A DNA stretch of 56,950 nucleotides from Arenicellales bacterium (lineage in GTDB: Bacteria; Pseudomonadota; Gammaproteobacteria; BMS3Bbin11), in contig JBLYYR010000238.1 of assembly GCA_048550195.1 (NCBI GenBank), positions 1 to 56,950 of the forward strand. Direction: 5' to 3'. Under the pieces are notes generated by a model. That model was not told the origin of the DNA, searched no databases, and was given only the letters and a program-made list of their open reading frames with translations. A program made the position numbers and the translations under genes. Below, one piece after another: positions 9,342-19,300 of this stretch; positions within the stretch are counted from its first letter, which is position 1; every line of letters begins with the position of its first letter.

Positions 9342-11042
9342 TTAAACCTGCAATTGTTTTTTGTGGTGAGCTGCAAGCCATATAACAAGTTCATCGTATG
9401 GCATAGGTTTTGCCACCCAGAAACCCTGGCCATAGTCACAGCCCATTTGTTTCAGCTTTAGCCACGTAGCTTCATTTTCTATACCTTCTGCCACAACTTC
9501 AAGCCCAAGCCCATGGGCCATCTGTATAGACGCGAATGTTATCGCTGCATCGTTTTCATTATGATTAATATCGGTGATAAAGGTTTTATCAATTTTCAAT
9601 TCCTTCAGTGTCATTTGTTTGAGCTTGGCGAGTGAAGAAGAACCGGTACCAAAATCATCAATAGAAAATGCCAGTCCAAGTTCATGCAGAGACAGAATTG
9701 TATCCTGTGCTACGGAGATACTGGACATAACGAATGACTCTGTTAATTCAAGAGTAATCGCACCCGGCCTGACTTTATACCGCTTTAAGTAAGCTTCAAT
9801 TTCAGCAGGAAGTTCTGTATTTGATAAACAATAAGGTGAAAGATTGATAGACAGGTTCTCGATCGTCTTGTCGTGTATTAATACTGAACACTCGTCAATT
9901 GCTGTTTGTATAATTTTAGATGTTAGCCTGTTAATTAAGCCGCTTTCTTCTGCAATATAGATAAATTTATCCGCTGCCATATAACCATGATCAGGGTGCT
10001 GCCACCGTGCTAGTGCTTCGACATGAATAGTGCCGGAATGCATATTCACTATAGGTTGATAAAAAGGCTGAACATCAATTGAAGCCAGTGCTTCACTCAG
10101 TTCGGCAACCAGTTGCAGATGATCAGACGATGTCAGAATGGTATCCGGGTTATAGATATTGACACCGAGTTTCTCCGACTTGGCTGTGTACATTGCAGCC
10201 TCAGCAAACTGAATAAGCTCATTTTTATCGCGGCTATGCACTGCTGAAGAGGCTATACCTATCGCACAATCAAGACTTATTTTTCCTGTCTCAACAATGA
10301 TGGGTTGTGAGATTAGTTGCCGGATCGTCTGCGCCATGGAACGCGCCTGTAAAAGATCAATATCCGGAATAACCAGTGCAAACATATCTCCACCAAACCT
10401 TGCAACAAACTCACCTGCAGCATCATCAGTTATATGCTGCAGACGGCGAGCTATTTCTCTCAGGATAAAATCGCCAGTCTGCTGACCCAGGCTTTCGTTT
10501 ATCATCTTAAAACGATCCATGTCCAGTATAAAAAGGACCGGTTTAATATTAAGGTCATGCAAATGTTTGATTAATGATAACCTGTTGGGCAAATCTGTCA
10601 GGGCATCATAGTGAGCCTGGTATTCAATAGTAGCCAGGTGTTTTTTTCGCTCTGATATATCACGCGCTATAGCGATAACCATATCACCACTTTCAACATC
10701 AACTTTTGTAAGACTAATTTCAGCCCAGCGTTCATCTCCCTGGTCTGGCCTGATTAACGATTCAAATGAAACAGAATGACCATTGAGCGCATTTTGAAAA
10801 AAGTTGCTGAACTTTTTTTCATCAAAATCCCTTCCCAGTAGCCGGATAATCGGCGTGCGCTGATTATGACGTGTCAGCTGCTGTTCTGAAACGCCAAGCC
10901 ATTGCTCTGTCATCTTGTTACAGGCAAGAAATTTCATCTCATCACAGAGAACAAAAATAGCATCATTCGCGCTGTCAAAATATGCGCGAAGCAGTTCTGA
11001 ATAAAACTGAGCCTCTTCTGCTGATGGTGTTTTTTCTGTCAT
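9342..11042 (-). CDS. PAS-GGDEF(degenerate GGDMF)-EAL protein, probable c-di-GMP phosphodiesterase
   Basis: PAS (DSANDAIF...RDISERK), YDALTDLPNR, ARFGGDMF, and EAL-domain motifs EALARW, DDFGTG, KIDK, VAEGIE, QG. Confidence 0.9.
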   Translation of the reverse strand: MTEKTPSAEEAQFYSELLRAYFDSANDAIFVLCDEMKFLACNKMTEQWLGVSEQQLTRHNQRTPIIRLLGRDFDEKKFSNFFQNALNGHSVSFESLIRPDQGDERWAEISLTKVDVESGDMVIAIARDISERKKHLATIEYQAHYDALTDLPNRLSLIKHLHDLNIKPVLFILDMDRFKMINESLGQQTGDFILREIARRLQHITDDAAGEFVARFGGDMFALVIPDIDLLQARSMAQTIRQLISQPIIVETGKISLDCAIGIASSAVHSRDKNELIQFAEAAMYTAKSEKLGVNIYNPDTILTSSDHLQLVAELSEALASIDVQPFYQPIVNMHSGTIHVEALARWQHPDHGYMAADKFIYIAEESGLINRLTSKIIQTAIDECSVLIHDKTIENLSINLSPYCLSNTELPAEIEAYLKRYKVRPGAITLELTESFVMSSISVAQDTILSLHELGLAFSIDDFGTGSSSLAKLKQMTLKELKIDKTFITDINHNENDAAITFASIQMAHGLGLEVVAEGIENEATWLKLKQMGCDYGQGFWVAKPMPYDELVIWLAAHHKKQLQV

Positions 11043-11404
11043 TGGAAAACCAATAAAAAAGTCCAGATAACTGCGGCATTAATCAGGGCAAGAAAAACCG
11101 CCGCAGAGCCAATATCTTTAGCCCGGCCAGAGATTTCATGCTGCTCGTAGCCGATGCGGTCGATAGCACTTTCAATTGCCGAATTAATCAGTTCTATTAT
11201 CAACACCAGCAACAAAGAAGAAATAAGTAAAGCCTTTTCTATACTGCCCTCACCAAACCAGAACGCCACAGGTACAAGAATGGCCACCAGCAACAGCTCC
11301 TGACGGAATGCTGCTTCATTCTTAAATGCAGCCATTAAGCCAGCATACGAATAGCCGGCAGCGTTGATAATTCGTTTGATGCCGGTAACACCCTGGTCTG
11401 CCAT
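11039..11404 (-). CDS. dgkA: Diacylglycerol kinase
   Basis: EAAFRQE, ELINSAIE and AKDIGSAAV motifs. Confidence 0.95.
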   Translation of the reverse strand: MADQGVTGIKRIINAAGYSYAGLMAAFKNEAAFRQELLLVAILVPVAFWFGEGSIEKALLISSLLLVLIIELINSAIESAIDRIGYEQHEISGRAKDIGSAAVFLALINAAVIWTFLLVFQ

Positions 11405-11574
11405 TATTTTTCTCGATTTGCCTGTATGCCTTCAAAGATAAAGGATATATGGTTATCTTTCCAGAAAAACCGTTACCACCCATGATTTTGATTTGTGCGT
11501 ATAATGGATAGAACGTTTCAAGTTTCAAATTCTCAGACAGAGAATGAAGACTGAAAACAACAGGAGGTCATAAC

Positions 11575-12090
11575 ATGATTCGTATTTTAAAAAAGATAAT
11601 TCCTGTCTTACTCTTTGCACTCCCAACTTCTCTTTTTGCTGAGAGCGCGACTTACACCGAGACTCCTTACAAAGAACCCCAGGTTGTATACGATTTTTAC
11701 TTTAATGAACCAGAGGATATTAACTCCGCCCTGTACTGGGTGAGGTCATTGATGAATAGCCTGATGGATGAGCCTTATGGTATCGACCCGGAGATGATGG
11801 ATATCGTAGTTGTTATCCATGGTATGGAAATTGTTACCGTCGCAAGTAAAAACTACGAACGATACAAAACTGCTGTAGACAGGATGCGATATTTCTCTCA
11901 GCTAGGCGTCAAGTTCAAGGTCTGTGGGCTTGCAGCGAATGACTATGGATATTCGATAAACGATTTTCAGGACTATATCGAAGTTGTGCCTTCAGCCATC
12001 AATGAACTTGCGCACTGGCAGCAGCAGGGGTATGCGCTGATCACACCAACCATCCTGTCGAAGAAATACAGTATTGAAGCTATCAGGTGA
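11575..12090 (+). CDS. Exported DsrE/DsrF-like family protein
   Basis: GGAGG RBS, signal peptide, VVVIHG, FKVCG and VVPSA...QQQGYA motifs. Confidence 0.75.
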   Translation: MIRILKKIIPVLLFALPTSLFAESATYTETPYKEPQVVYDFYFNEPEDINSALYWVRSLMNSLMDEPYGIDPEMMDIVVVIHGMEIVTVASKNYERYKTAVDRMRYFSQLGVKFKVCGLAANDYGYSINDFQDYIEVVPSAINELAHWQQQGYALITPTILSKKYSIEAIR

Positions 12091-12098
12091 AACGGAGT

Positions 12099-12203
12099 TT
12101 CAAGACAAAGGAACAGGGATTAAGGATTAAGGATTAAGGATTAAGGATTAAGGATTAAGGATTATCAAAATCGTAACTGGTTTTTCTAATCTTTCATCTT
12201 GAA
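12099..12203. repeat. 105-bp heptamer-arm palindromic element with (GGATTAA)x6 plus a partial copy at 12117-12164
   Basis: TTCAAGA/TCTTGAA ends. Spacer CAAAATCGTAACTGGTTTTT is shared with the 23663 and 41450 elements. Confidence 0.9.
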
Positions 12204-12251
12204 CTTTTTACTGCGGTGCAGGACTGTACAGGGTTGCTATGGTGAACCGCA

Positions 12252-14675
12252 TCAGGTTTTAGCGGGATCTGGGTACACAAACACCACCCCTGCATACAGC
12301 AATATCGCGATCAGGATCACGGCACTGAAACCAAAATGGATGGCCAGCAATGTCGCCAGGCTTGCACTAATGACTGAGGCGCAGCCATTGATCCCCCATG
12401 CCCATGGAATCAGGGTCTGCGCACGACCGGCAAGCGCCGACAGGGCGAGTGGAAATGGCATACCCATCAGTAATGCCAGTGGGGCAACAAGCAGTATAGT
12501 CAATAGAATCTTGAAGAATACGGGAATTACCGACAACCACATGAACAGATCATTCAGCAATAAAATATAGCTAAGGCTGAACAATGCAATACCTGTTATC
12601 GACCCTTTCAGAATAGTACGCCTGCTGTAATGATCACTCAGCTTTGCCGACAGATAGCTTCCCAGTCCAGCGAAGACCAGGAACGCGGCCAGAGTCACAG
12701 CAAAGGAATACAGGGGGTGGTGTAGAAACAGGATAAACTTTTGCATGAAGGCGATTTCCATAAACAGAAAAGCAATGCCAATCATCAGGAAATACAGGAT
12801 GACACGGGTTTTGCTGACCGCCTCTTTATCGGCTACCGACGAACGTGGCAGAACCAGCAGCGGCAGCGTAATCAGAACCACACTGAGCACTGCCGCAACC
12901 AGCAATGTCAGCACCAGTACTACATAGCCCCACTCGATCAACGGCATGCCACCACGATCACGCAGTCTGAATATCTCCGGTAATGATGACCATTTTGTAA
13001 AATGATGGAAATAGGGCTTGTCATCGGTAGCAGGCTCGAGATCAAACTTGTAGCCTTCAAGATACTGACTCCGCCCTTCTGACAACAGGGCCGCCGTGCC
13101 ACTCCGGAACCAGGGTTCTGTCAACTGGTTATAGCTGTCTTTCGCTGCTGGCATCCCTGCTGCAAAAGCGACATCAAATGAGCGTTCGTCACTGAATTTT
13201 CGAATCTTCTGTACGTCCTGTTCAGTAAATGTCCCGTTTCGGATCAATAAGGTACTCACCTGCCAGCTACGAATCAGAGCTAGCCTTTCAGCCGGCTTGT
13301 CCACACCCAGTAAGTTGAGCACATCAATTGCCGTAGCAAACAGTTTCAAGGTATCGCGCGGCGGCATCTTGATCCAGCGCGTCAGTGCCAGGTGGCCACC
13401 CGGGGAGAGGTGGTCCAGATACGTTTTCAGCGCCTCAATGGTATACAGATAGTCATCGTTCAGCGCATACAGGCCGGATGCCGAGGCATTGAAGGCATCC
13501 ATTAGTGACAGCTGTATCAGGTCGTACTTTTTCCTGTTCTGCGACAGGAAGCCGCGCACATCTCCGGCATGTACACTAACACCCTCACGCTGGTAGAGGG
13601 AGCCATTGAAATCACTGTAGCGAGTGCCGACGATGTCGATCAGCCGGGGATTCAGTTCGACTGCATCAATCACCAGTGCTGAGTGATACAGGGCCTGCAG
13701 GATATCTGTACCGCCACCGGCGCCCACAATCAGCACCGAAGCGGGATCAGCCAGGTGGTACGGCAATGCTGACGTCACCTGGTCAAGGTAGGCAAGTTCT
13801 GACATGTCTTCAGCTGCCTTCGTGATGACCGTCATATTATCGCCGTCGGTAAAAATACCCAGCTGTGGCAATGGCTCTTCAGCACTGCCAAGGCTGAGTC
13901 CGGGTGCATGTCTGAAAGGAACCGTTGCACTGTCGACGATGCTGATCATCCCAAAGGGACTGGAGTCCTGCTCAATAACTTCGGTTCCGCTGACACGCAG
14001 GGTCTGGGGCAGACTCTTGTATGGCGACATGTGCAAATCCAGACCCACCGCTGCCAGTACCAGCAGCATAGTCGACAGGCCCAGCACAACAAGCACCGGT
14101 TTAGGCTTCTTTATTCGAAGTTCTACACTGGCAACCAGCATGGACACCGGCCCCAGCATGCCGATGGCAAGTAGAGCATTTTGCGGGAAAACCACAAACA
14201 GCAGGCCGATCACAATGAGGCTACCGAGGCCGGCACCTGCCAGGTCCCAGGCATAGATGCGTGATACCTGTCCGCTATACTGCATAAATGCCAGGCAGAT
14301 TGCGGTGGCAGCAAAGAAGAAGGGCAGGCTCAGCAGCAGGAAGATAATCAGCAGATAGCCGACCTGGCGGTAGTCCCACAGGATCAATTCAGCATTGAAA
14401 GGCAATGTCTGGGCAAGCATAAAGCTGGCGACCGATGTCAGGCCAAACAGCAGCAGGCTGGTTAGATAAACGTGCCTGAATCGCACCCGCAACCAGTACT
14501 GAAAAATGGAAACAAAGGTCCCGCTGAAACCGTAGCCCAGCAGGGCAAGGCCAATGATCATATAGGAGAAATGATGCCACTGTATGATAGAAAACAGTCG
14601 CATCAACAGTATTTCGTACGCCAGTGCGGCTCCTGAGATCAGCGCAACTGAGAGATACGGTAGGCGCTGTGACAT
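12252..14675 (-). CDS. Membrane-fused spermidine-synthase-like SAM-dependent transferase
   Basis: N- and C-terminal TM bundles around VLIVGAGGG, DAVELN, YDLIQ and ATDDKPYF. Confidence 0.8.
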   Translation of the reverse strand: MSQRLPYLSVALISGAALAYEILLMRLFSIIQWHHFSYMIIGLALLGYGFSGTFVSIFQYWLRVRFRHVYLTSLLLFGLTSVASFMLAQTLPFNAELILWDYRQVGYLLIIFLLLSLPFFFAATAICLAFMQYSGQVSRIYAWDLAGAGLGSLIVIGLLFVVFPQNALLAIGMLGPVSMLVASVELRIKKPKPVLVVLGLSTMLLVLAAVGLDLHMSPYKSLPQTLRVSGTEVIEQDSSPFGMISIVDSATVPFRHAPGLSLGSAEEPLPQLGIFTDGDNMTVITKAAEDMSELAYLDQVTSALPYHLADPASVLIVGAGGGTDILQALYHSALVIDAVELNPRLIDIVGTRYSDFNGSLYQREGVSVHAGDVRGFLSQNRKKYDLIQLSLMDAFNASASGLYALNDDYLYTIEALKTYLDHLSPGGHLALTRWIKMPPRDTLKLFATAIDVLNLLGVDKPAERLALIRSWQVSTLLIRNGTFTEQDVQKIRKFSDERSFDVAFAAGMPAAKDSYNQLTEPWFRSGTAALLSEGRSQYLEGYKFDLEPATDDKPYFHHFTKWSSLPEIFRLRDRGGMPLIEWGYVVLVLTLLVAAVLSVVLITLPLLVLPRSSVADKEAVSKTRVILYFLMIGIAFLFMEIAFMQKFILFLHHPLYSFAVTLAAFLVFAGLGSYLSAKLSDHYSRRTILKGSITGIALFSLSYILLLNDLFMWLSVIPVFFKILLTILLVAPLALLMGMPFPLALSALAGRAQTLIPWAWGINGCASVISASLATLLAIHFGFSAVILIAILLYAGVVFVYPDPAKT

Positions 14676-14696
14676 TTTTCGATTTGTTAACAGGCC

Positions 14697-15446
14697 TTAA
14701 TGTTTGCCGGTTACTGGCACGAATACTACCGGTAAAACCTGTCTGCTGACCACCTTCTGGTCATCACGTTTATCTACCACCAGCAGCTGCTGCACCATGA
14801 AACGGCTTCCGACCGGTACAACCATGCGGCCTCCGGGTTTCAACTGCTTGATCAGGGGCGGAGGAATGTGGCTGGCTGCTGCTGTCACTATAATGGCATC
14901 AAACGGAGCATGCTCCTCCCAGCCATAATAGCCATCGCCTACCTTTGTCGTGACGTTATCGTAACCCAACCGCTGCAGACGCTCTTTTGCCAGCAGTCCG
15001 AGTGGCTCAACGATTTCGATCGTATAAACCTCAGCCGCCAGTCTACTCAATATGGCTGCCTGGTAGCCTGAGCCCGTGCCTAACTCCAGCACCTTGCTGT
15101 CCGGCTTCAGATTCAACATATCTGTCATTATTGCAACAATATATGGCTGTGAAATGGTTTGCCCATGGCCAATTGGCAACGGACGATTGTCATAGGCATG
15201 GGCTTCTGCTTCCGGCGGCACAAACTCGTGGCGAGGCACTGTTGCGATCACCTTCATCACTCGTGGATCCAGCTCGGTCTTCTCCAGTTCGCGACTGGTT
15301 TGCCTGACGTCTTCCTCAATGATTCTGATCAGTTGCATGCGTGCATTCTCTGTTGGATCATCGGCATAGGAGGTAAAACTGGCAGCACTGGCAATTGCAA
15401 TAAGCAATGAAGTAAGTATTCCCGTACGTACATGCAATACCTTCAT
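14697..15446 (-). CDS. pcm: Protein-L-isoaspartate O-methyltransferase with an N-terminal signal-like segment
   Basis: VPRHEFV, GQTISQPYIVA, VLELGTGSGYQAA and APFDAIIVTAA motifs. Confidence 0.93.
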   Translation of the reverse strand: MKVLHVRTGILTSLLIAIASAASFTSYADDPTENARMQLIRIIEEDVRQTSRELEKTELDPRVMKVIATVPRHEFVPPEAEAHAYDNRPLPIGHGQTISQPYIVAIMTDMLNLKPDSKVLELGTGSGYQAAILSRLAAEVYTIEIVEPLGLLAKERLQRLGYDNVTTKVGDGYYGWEEHAPFDAIIVTAAASHIPPPLIKQLKPGGRMVVPVGSRFMVQQLLVVDKRDDQKVVSRQVLPVVFVPVTGKH

Positions 15447-15663
15447 CGAGAGTCCTCCTGCAAAGTAATGTCAATGTAGTGCAACCTATACACTATATAT
15501 GCGACGAAGCACATATATTTCAAGACAACGAACCGACGATGAGGCATGAGCCAGGACCACAGGACATTTGTGATGGCGGGTATCACCTGCACAGGGTCGG
15601 TAAATGCCTGGTATGTAAAACCAGCGTCAGGAGATAGAAATTATGCCGTGGTAAAGCCGCTGA

Positions 15664-16413
15664 TTATTTTAGTACAAAAGCCATGGAAAAATTGATTGCA
15701 AGCGGTAAATCCAGTTCTTCCGGTGGACTGGGTACCGGTAATGATGCAACCACAGCATTGCGGCTTGCCTGCTGCAGCACACGCCTCTTTCCAGTTACTT
15801 TAAGCCCATCAATTTGTCCTTCAGGCAGCAACCTGAATGAGACCTGTACCACACCCTCAATATGCCGGCGACGCGCCGACCTGGGATAGTGTTTATGTGA
15901 CTCGATATGTGACAGCAATTCAGTAAGATAGGATTGCCGTGCCTGTGCACTCAGACGGGGATCAACAACAGGCTGCAATACTGGCAGTGCCTTCTCCACT
16001 TCCGCCGTGCTTACCGGGGGAGCCCGTGTCGGTGTCTGCCTGACCTCCCTCGAAGCTGTCACTTTCTCAACAGGTTTTGGCTTCGGCTTCAGCTTCGATT
16101 TTAGTTCTGGTTTTGGTTCTGGTTTTGGTTTTGGTTTTGGTTTTGGTTCAGGCTTCTCAATCACCGGCTGAGGTTCTGGCAGCTCAGGCATCATCTCTAC
16201 GGGCGTCACCATAGAGGGTGCAGGGACAAGAAAGCTGATGCGGGTTATGCTATTTTCAGGCCCCCTCTTCTCCGGGATCGTGGAGAGCTCGGTTGTCCGA
16301 TTGATAAAAAGAGCCCCATGAATCAGCAGTGAGATAACCAGCGCTGCACTCCAGACGATCCCGTCGTTCCTTCTCATCGTGTCCAGCCGAGCATGGGTGA
16401 GAGATGCTGTCAC
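15664..16413 (-). CDS. tonB: TonB energy transducer
   Basis: SLLIH TM helix, PE/PK-repeat linker and YPRSARRRHIEGVVQVSF C-terminal domain. Confidence 0.9.
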   Translation of the reverse strand: MTASLTHARLDTMRRNDGIVWSAALVISLLIHGALFINRTTELSTIPEKRGPENSITRISFLVPAPSMVTPVEMMPELPEPQPVIEKPEPKPKPKPKPEPKPELKSKLKPKPKPVEKVTASREVRQTPTRAPPVSTAEVEKALPVLQPVVDPRLSAQARQSYLTELLSHIESHKHYPRSARRRHIEGVVQVSFRLLPEGQIDGLKVTGKRRVLQQASRNAVVASLPVPSPPEELDLPLAINFSMAFVLK

Positions 16414-16811
16414 TTGCGTTCGGTAACTATATCCACAGCCTCGGCACCCGCTTTGCGCGAGGCATCAAGAACCAGCACAGCGTGCTCCAGGTCTGCGGTG
16501 CGATCGCCCCGTACCCGTATCACCTTTTCTTTCTTTGTGCTCAATGCCGTACGCAGTGTCGTCGCCAGTGATACGGCTTCGACAAATTGGTCATTAACAA
16601 TAATGCGTCCCTGTGCATCGATGACGACTTCAAGCTGCTCATCATCCTCAATCGAATCACCGCTATCCGCTACAGGCAGGTCTATATCAATGGTGTCCTC
16701 ACGCACAAAATGCGAAGTAAGCATGAAAAAGACCAGCAGCAGGAACACGATATCGATTAGCGGCGTCAGGTTTGGGACATGGCTAGTACGTCGACGTCCT
16801 TCAAACTGCAT
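16410..16811 (-). CDS. exbD: ExbD/TolR biopolymer transport protein
   Basis: NLTPLIDIVFLLLVFFML and RGD motifs; ATG at 16811 preferred. Confidence 0.92.
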   Translation of the reverse strand: MQFEGRRRTSHVPNLTPLIDIVFLLLVFFMLTSHFVREDTIDIDLPVADSGDSIEDDEQLEVVIDAQGRIIVNDQFVEAVSLATTLRTALSTKKEKVIRVRGDRTADLEHAVLVLDASRKAGAEAVDIVTERK

Positions 16812-17460
16812 GCAGCACTCCTTCACGGTGATGAACTACCTCTGAATCCTCGTCATTACAGCTGTGAGGAAGCTGCTCCAGCAGCAGTGAAGCATCACTG
16901 CGCATATTCTGGGCGTGGCGATCGGCCATCCCTTCCAGCACGTGGAGAAATAACAAAATGGGGATAGCCACTGCCAGCCCAACCCCTGTGGTGAGCATCG
17001 CTTCCCAGATACCACCGGCAAGGGCCTGTGCATCAACCCGACCACCCGCCTGCTCGATGACCATAAAGGCCCTGATCATACCGAGTATGGTTCCAAGCAG
17101 CCCCAGCAGCGGAGCGGTGTTGCCCAGGATAGCAAGCGTACGAAAACCCCGTTCCATGCGTTGCAGTTCGATGGAACCGATGCGTGAAGCGACACGAACC
17201 AGATCCTTAACCCCTTCCCTGCTGGCCTGTATCATGCCATTGAGAAGATTGGTCTCGGGACCGCGCATCCCTGCTATCAGTTGTTCAACATTATTATCGT
17301 GTACGGCTGTAACCAGCGCCTGCTCAAAGTTTTTTGAGTGGCCTCGAATCATAGAAAAGCGGATTAAACGCTCCAGAATAATGGCCATCGCCACTACCGA
17401 GTAACCCGCGAGCACCCACACAATCACGCCACCCTTATCGAAAATATCAGCAATTATCAT
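16801..17460 (-). CDS. exbB: ExbB/TolQ proton channel
   Basis: APLLGLLGTILGMI and LAGGIWEAMLTTGVGLAVAIP motifs. Confidence 0.92.
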   Translation of the reverse strand: MIIADIFDKGGVIVWVLAGYSVVAMAIILERLIRFSMIRGHSKNFEQALVTAVHDNNVEQLIAGMRGPETNLLNGMIQASREGVKDLVRVASRIGSIELQRMERGFRTLAILGNTAPLLGLLGTILGMIRAFMVIEQAGGRVDAQALAGGIWEAMLTTGVGLAVAIPILLFLHVLEGMADRHAQNMRSDASLLLEQLPHSCNDEDSEVVHHREGVLHAV

Positions 17461-17481
17461 GCTTGCAATCTTCCTCCATCT

Positions 17482-17994
17482 CTATTCAATCTTCCGCAGC
17501 CATAGCTCAACGACTTCCTGATTCAGTACTCCGCTCACGGCTTGACGGTTCTGCTGGCCATCAAAAAAGTAACTGCGAGGCAGTTCTCCGTACCAGATCC
17601 TGTCCACTTCATGTCGAAGGCGGGATGAGCTGGCCTGTGAAAAAACCCAGGTCTCTGCATTCGCTACTCCTTTGCCGTTGATGACACTAAGGAGCTCTTT
17701 TCTATCGCCAGGTGAATCCGTAGACACCAGTACAAGATTAAATTCGGGATACCTTTCTTTCAGCTTTCCCAGCATGGCCAGTTCATGAAAACAGGGCGGG
17801 CAGTCCAGTGACCAGAACACCAGTAAAAATGGCTTGCCCTGATAGCGGTTAATAATCGTCTGATAGCTGCCGGGCAGGAAAGTTGAGAGCTGTGGCTGGA
17901 CTGCAGCGCTGCTTGCCGCAGCCGGGATGATAAAACTAAGCAGCAGTATGCTGAGAATCAATTTTCCTATCAAATATTCTCGGCAGGATTGCAT
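17482..17994 (-). CDS. Exported TlpA-like thioredoxin (CPPC)
   Basis: GKPFLLVFWSLDCPPC and ELPRSYFF motifs; signal peptide. Confidence 0.85.
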   Translation of the reverse strand: MQSCREYLIGKLILSILLLSFIIPAAASSAAVQPQLSTFLPGSYQTIINRYQGKPFLLVFWSLDCPPCFHELAMLGKLKERYPEFNLVLVSTDSPGDRKELLSVINGKGVANAETWVFSQASSSRLRHEVDRIWYGELPRSYFFDGQQNRQAVSGVLNQEVVELWLRKIE

Positions 17995-19242
17995 TTATAC
18001 AGCCCCATCGACAGACAGCAGCCGGAAACCCTCATTCTGTGTCTGCCAATAGAGATAGACTGACTTTCCATCGGCCAGCAGGAAGGGGTAGTCGGATTCT
18101 CCATCCGTTTCTACCAGAAGGTCTGGTTTACCCCAGGAGAGCCCGCCATTTGACGATCGCATCAGATGGATAGTGCTGCGCTTACCATCAAATTCACGCC
18201 AGGTTACATAGACTTTCTGTCCAACACTCAGGACATGAGGGTGCGAAGCTGTTGATTCATAGTTTCCAAAACTGACTGGTTCTGAAAAGCTATGGCCCTG
18301 GTCTATGGACTGTGCATAAAATAGCCCGTGACGTTCAGGTGCATTATCAAACCAGACCATGTGATACACACCATTGTCGGGAATAGAAATTGCAGGTCCA
18401 TGATGTGGGCAGGCATCTATTTTCCAGTAATCATAACTGACCCTGACCGGACTGCCTGCCTGGTTTTTCTCAACAAACTTTACCAGTGCATGATCACGGA
18501 TATTTTTGCCATAGATATTGCGCCACATGACAACCGGAAGTTGATCAACATCCATATCCATAACAACGCGACAGCACTCGCAGGTATTATCCAGTATCTT
18601 CACGTTTGGGTGAAACGAGGCGCCATGGTCATCTGACAGGGCATAATAGAGTGCTGCCCCCGGGTAATCCTTACCCTCGCGTTTGGCCTGCAGGCGATCA
18701 CGTTTATCAAGCCAGGCCAGATAGATATCACCCCGTTCATTGATCCCCATCGCTTCAAAACGGTGTCCGGTAATCTCCAGGTTGTCATTTACCGTGACCG
18801 GGTCAGAAAAGTGTTCGCCACCATCCAGGGAGCGACTGAATCGCACGTGCCCCGTATACTTTTTGCTCAATGGCATGGTCCAGGAGATAAAGACTCTGCC
18901 GTCTCCATCTATTGCAATCTTGGGACGATTCTCACCGCGTGCTGAAATGGCCTCAGGTATTCGATTGACAACAACAGGCGAGCTGAAACTCTTCCCCCTG
19001 TCATCCGAGTGGTTGACATAGACGTGCCCGGCAAACGCCCAGGCTACCCACAGGCGTCCATTGTTGTCAAATGTGGCACCTGGCGCTAAACCACATTTAA
19101 GACTGGGAGGTTTAGCCGGGTCTGCGCAGGGGTTTGCAGGCGCCTGTCCACCGTGATCCATCTGCATGGCTGATGCCGAAAACAAACTGCTGGCCAGCAG
19201 CATTAGCAGCATGATGATCAGTTTTGAAAAATTTGTGTACAT
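17995..19242 (-). CDS. Exported BNR/Asp-box (sialidase-fold) protein with CECC and CPHH motifs
   Basis: Repeated SxDxGxSF/W boxes and a signal peptide; ATG at 19242 preferred. Confidence 0.8.
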   Translation of the reverse strand: MYTNFSKLIIMLLMLLASSLFSASAMQMDHGGQAPANPCADPAKPPSLKCGLAPGATFDNNGRLWVAWAFAGHVYVNHSDDRGKSFSSPVVVNRIPEAISARGENRPKIAIDGDGRVFISWTMPLSKKYTGHVRFSRSLDGGEHFSDPVTVNDNLEITGHRFEAMGINERGDIYLAWLDKRDRLQAKREGKDYPGAALYYALSDDHGASFHPNVKILDNTCECCRVVMDMDVDQLPVVMWRNIYGKNIRDHALVKFVEKNQAGSPVRVSYDYWKIDACPHHGPAISIPDNGVYHMVWFDNAPERHGLFYAQSIDQGHSFSEPVSFGNYESTASHPHVLSVGQKVYVTWREFDGKRSTIHLMRSSNGGLSWGKPDLLVETDGESDYPFLLADGKSVYLYWQTQNEGFRLLSVDGAV

Positions 19243-19300
19243 TACTTTTTCGCATTTACAAACCTGTGGCAGTCTTAAGCCTGCCACGGGCTGCTACTCG

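Noticed and set aside
11515-11557. Possible further heptamer element (GTTTCAA x2 ... AGAATGA AGACTGA), and TTTCAAGACAA at about 15518
   Set aside because: Both are too short and degenerate to separate from chance.
16074-16153. Hexamer repeat (TTTTGG)n
   Set aside because: It encodes the ordinary Pro-Lys linker of TonB.
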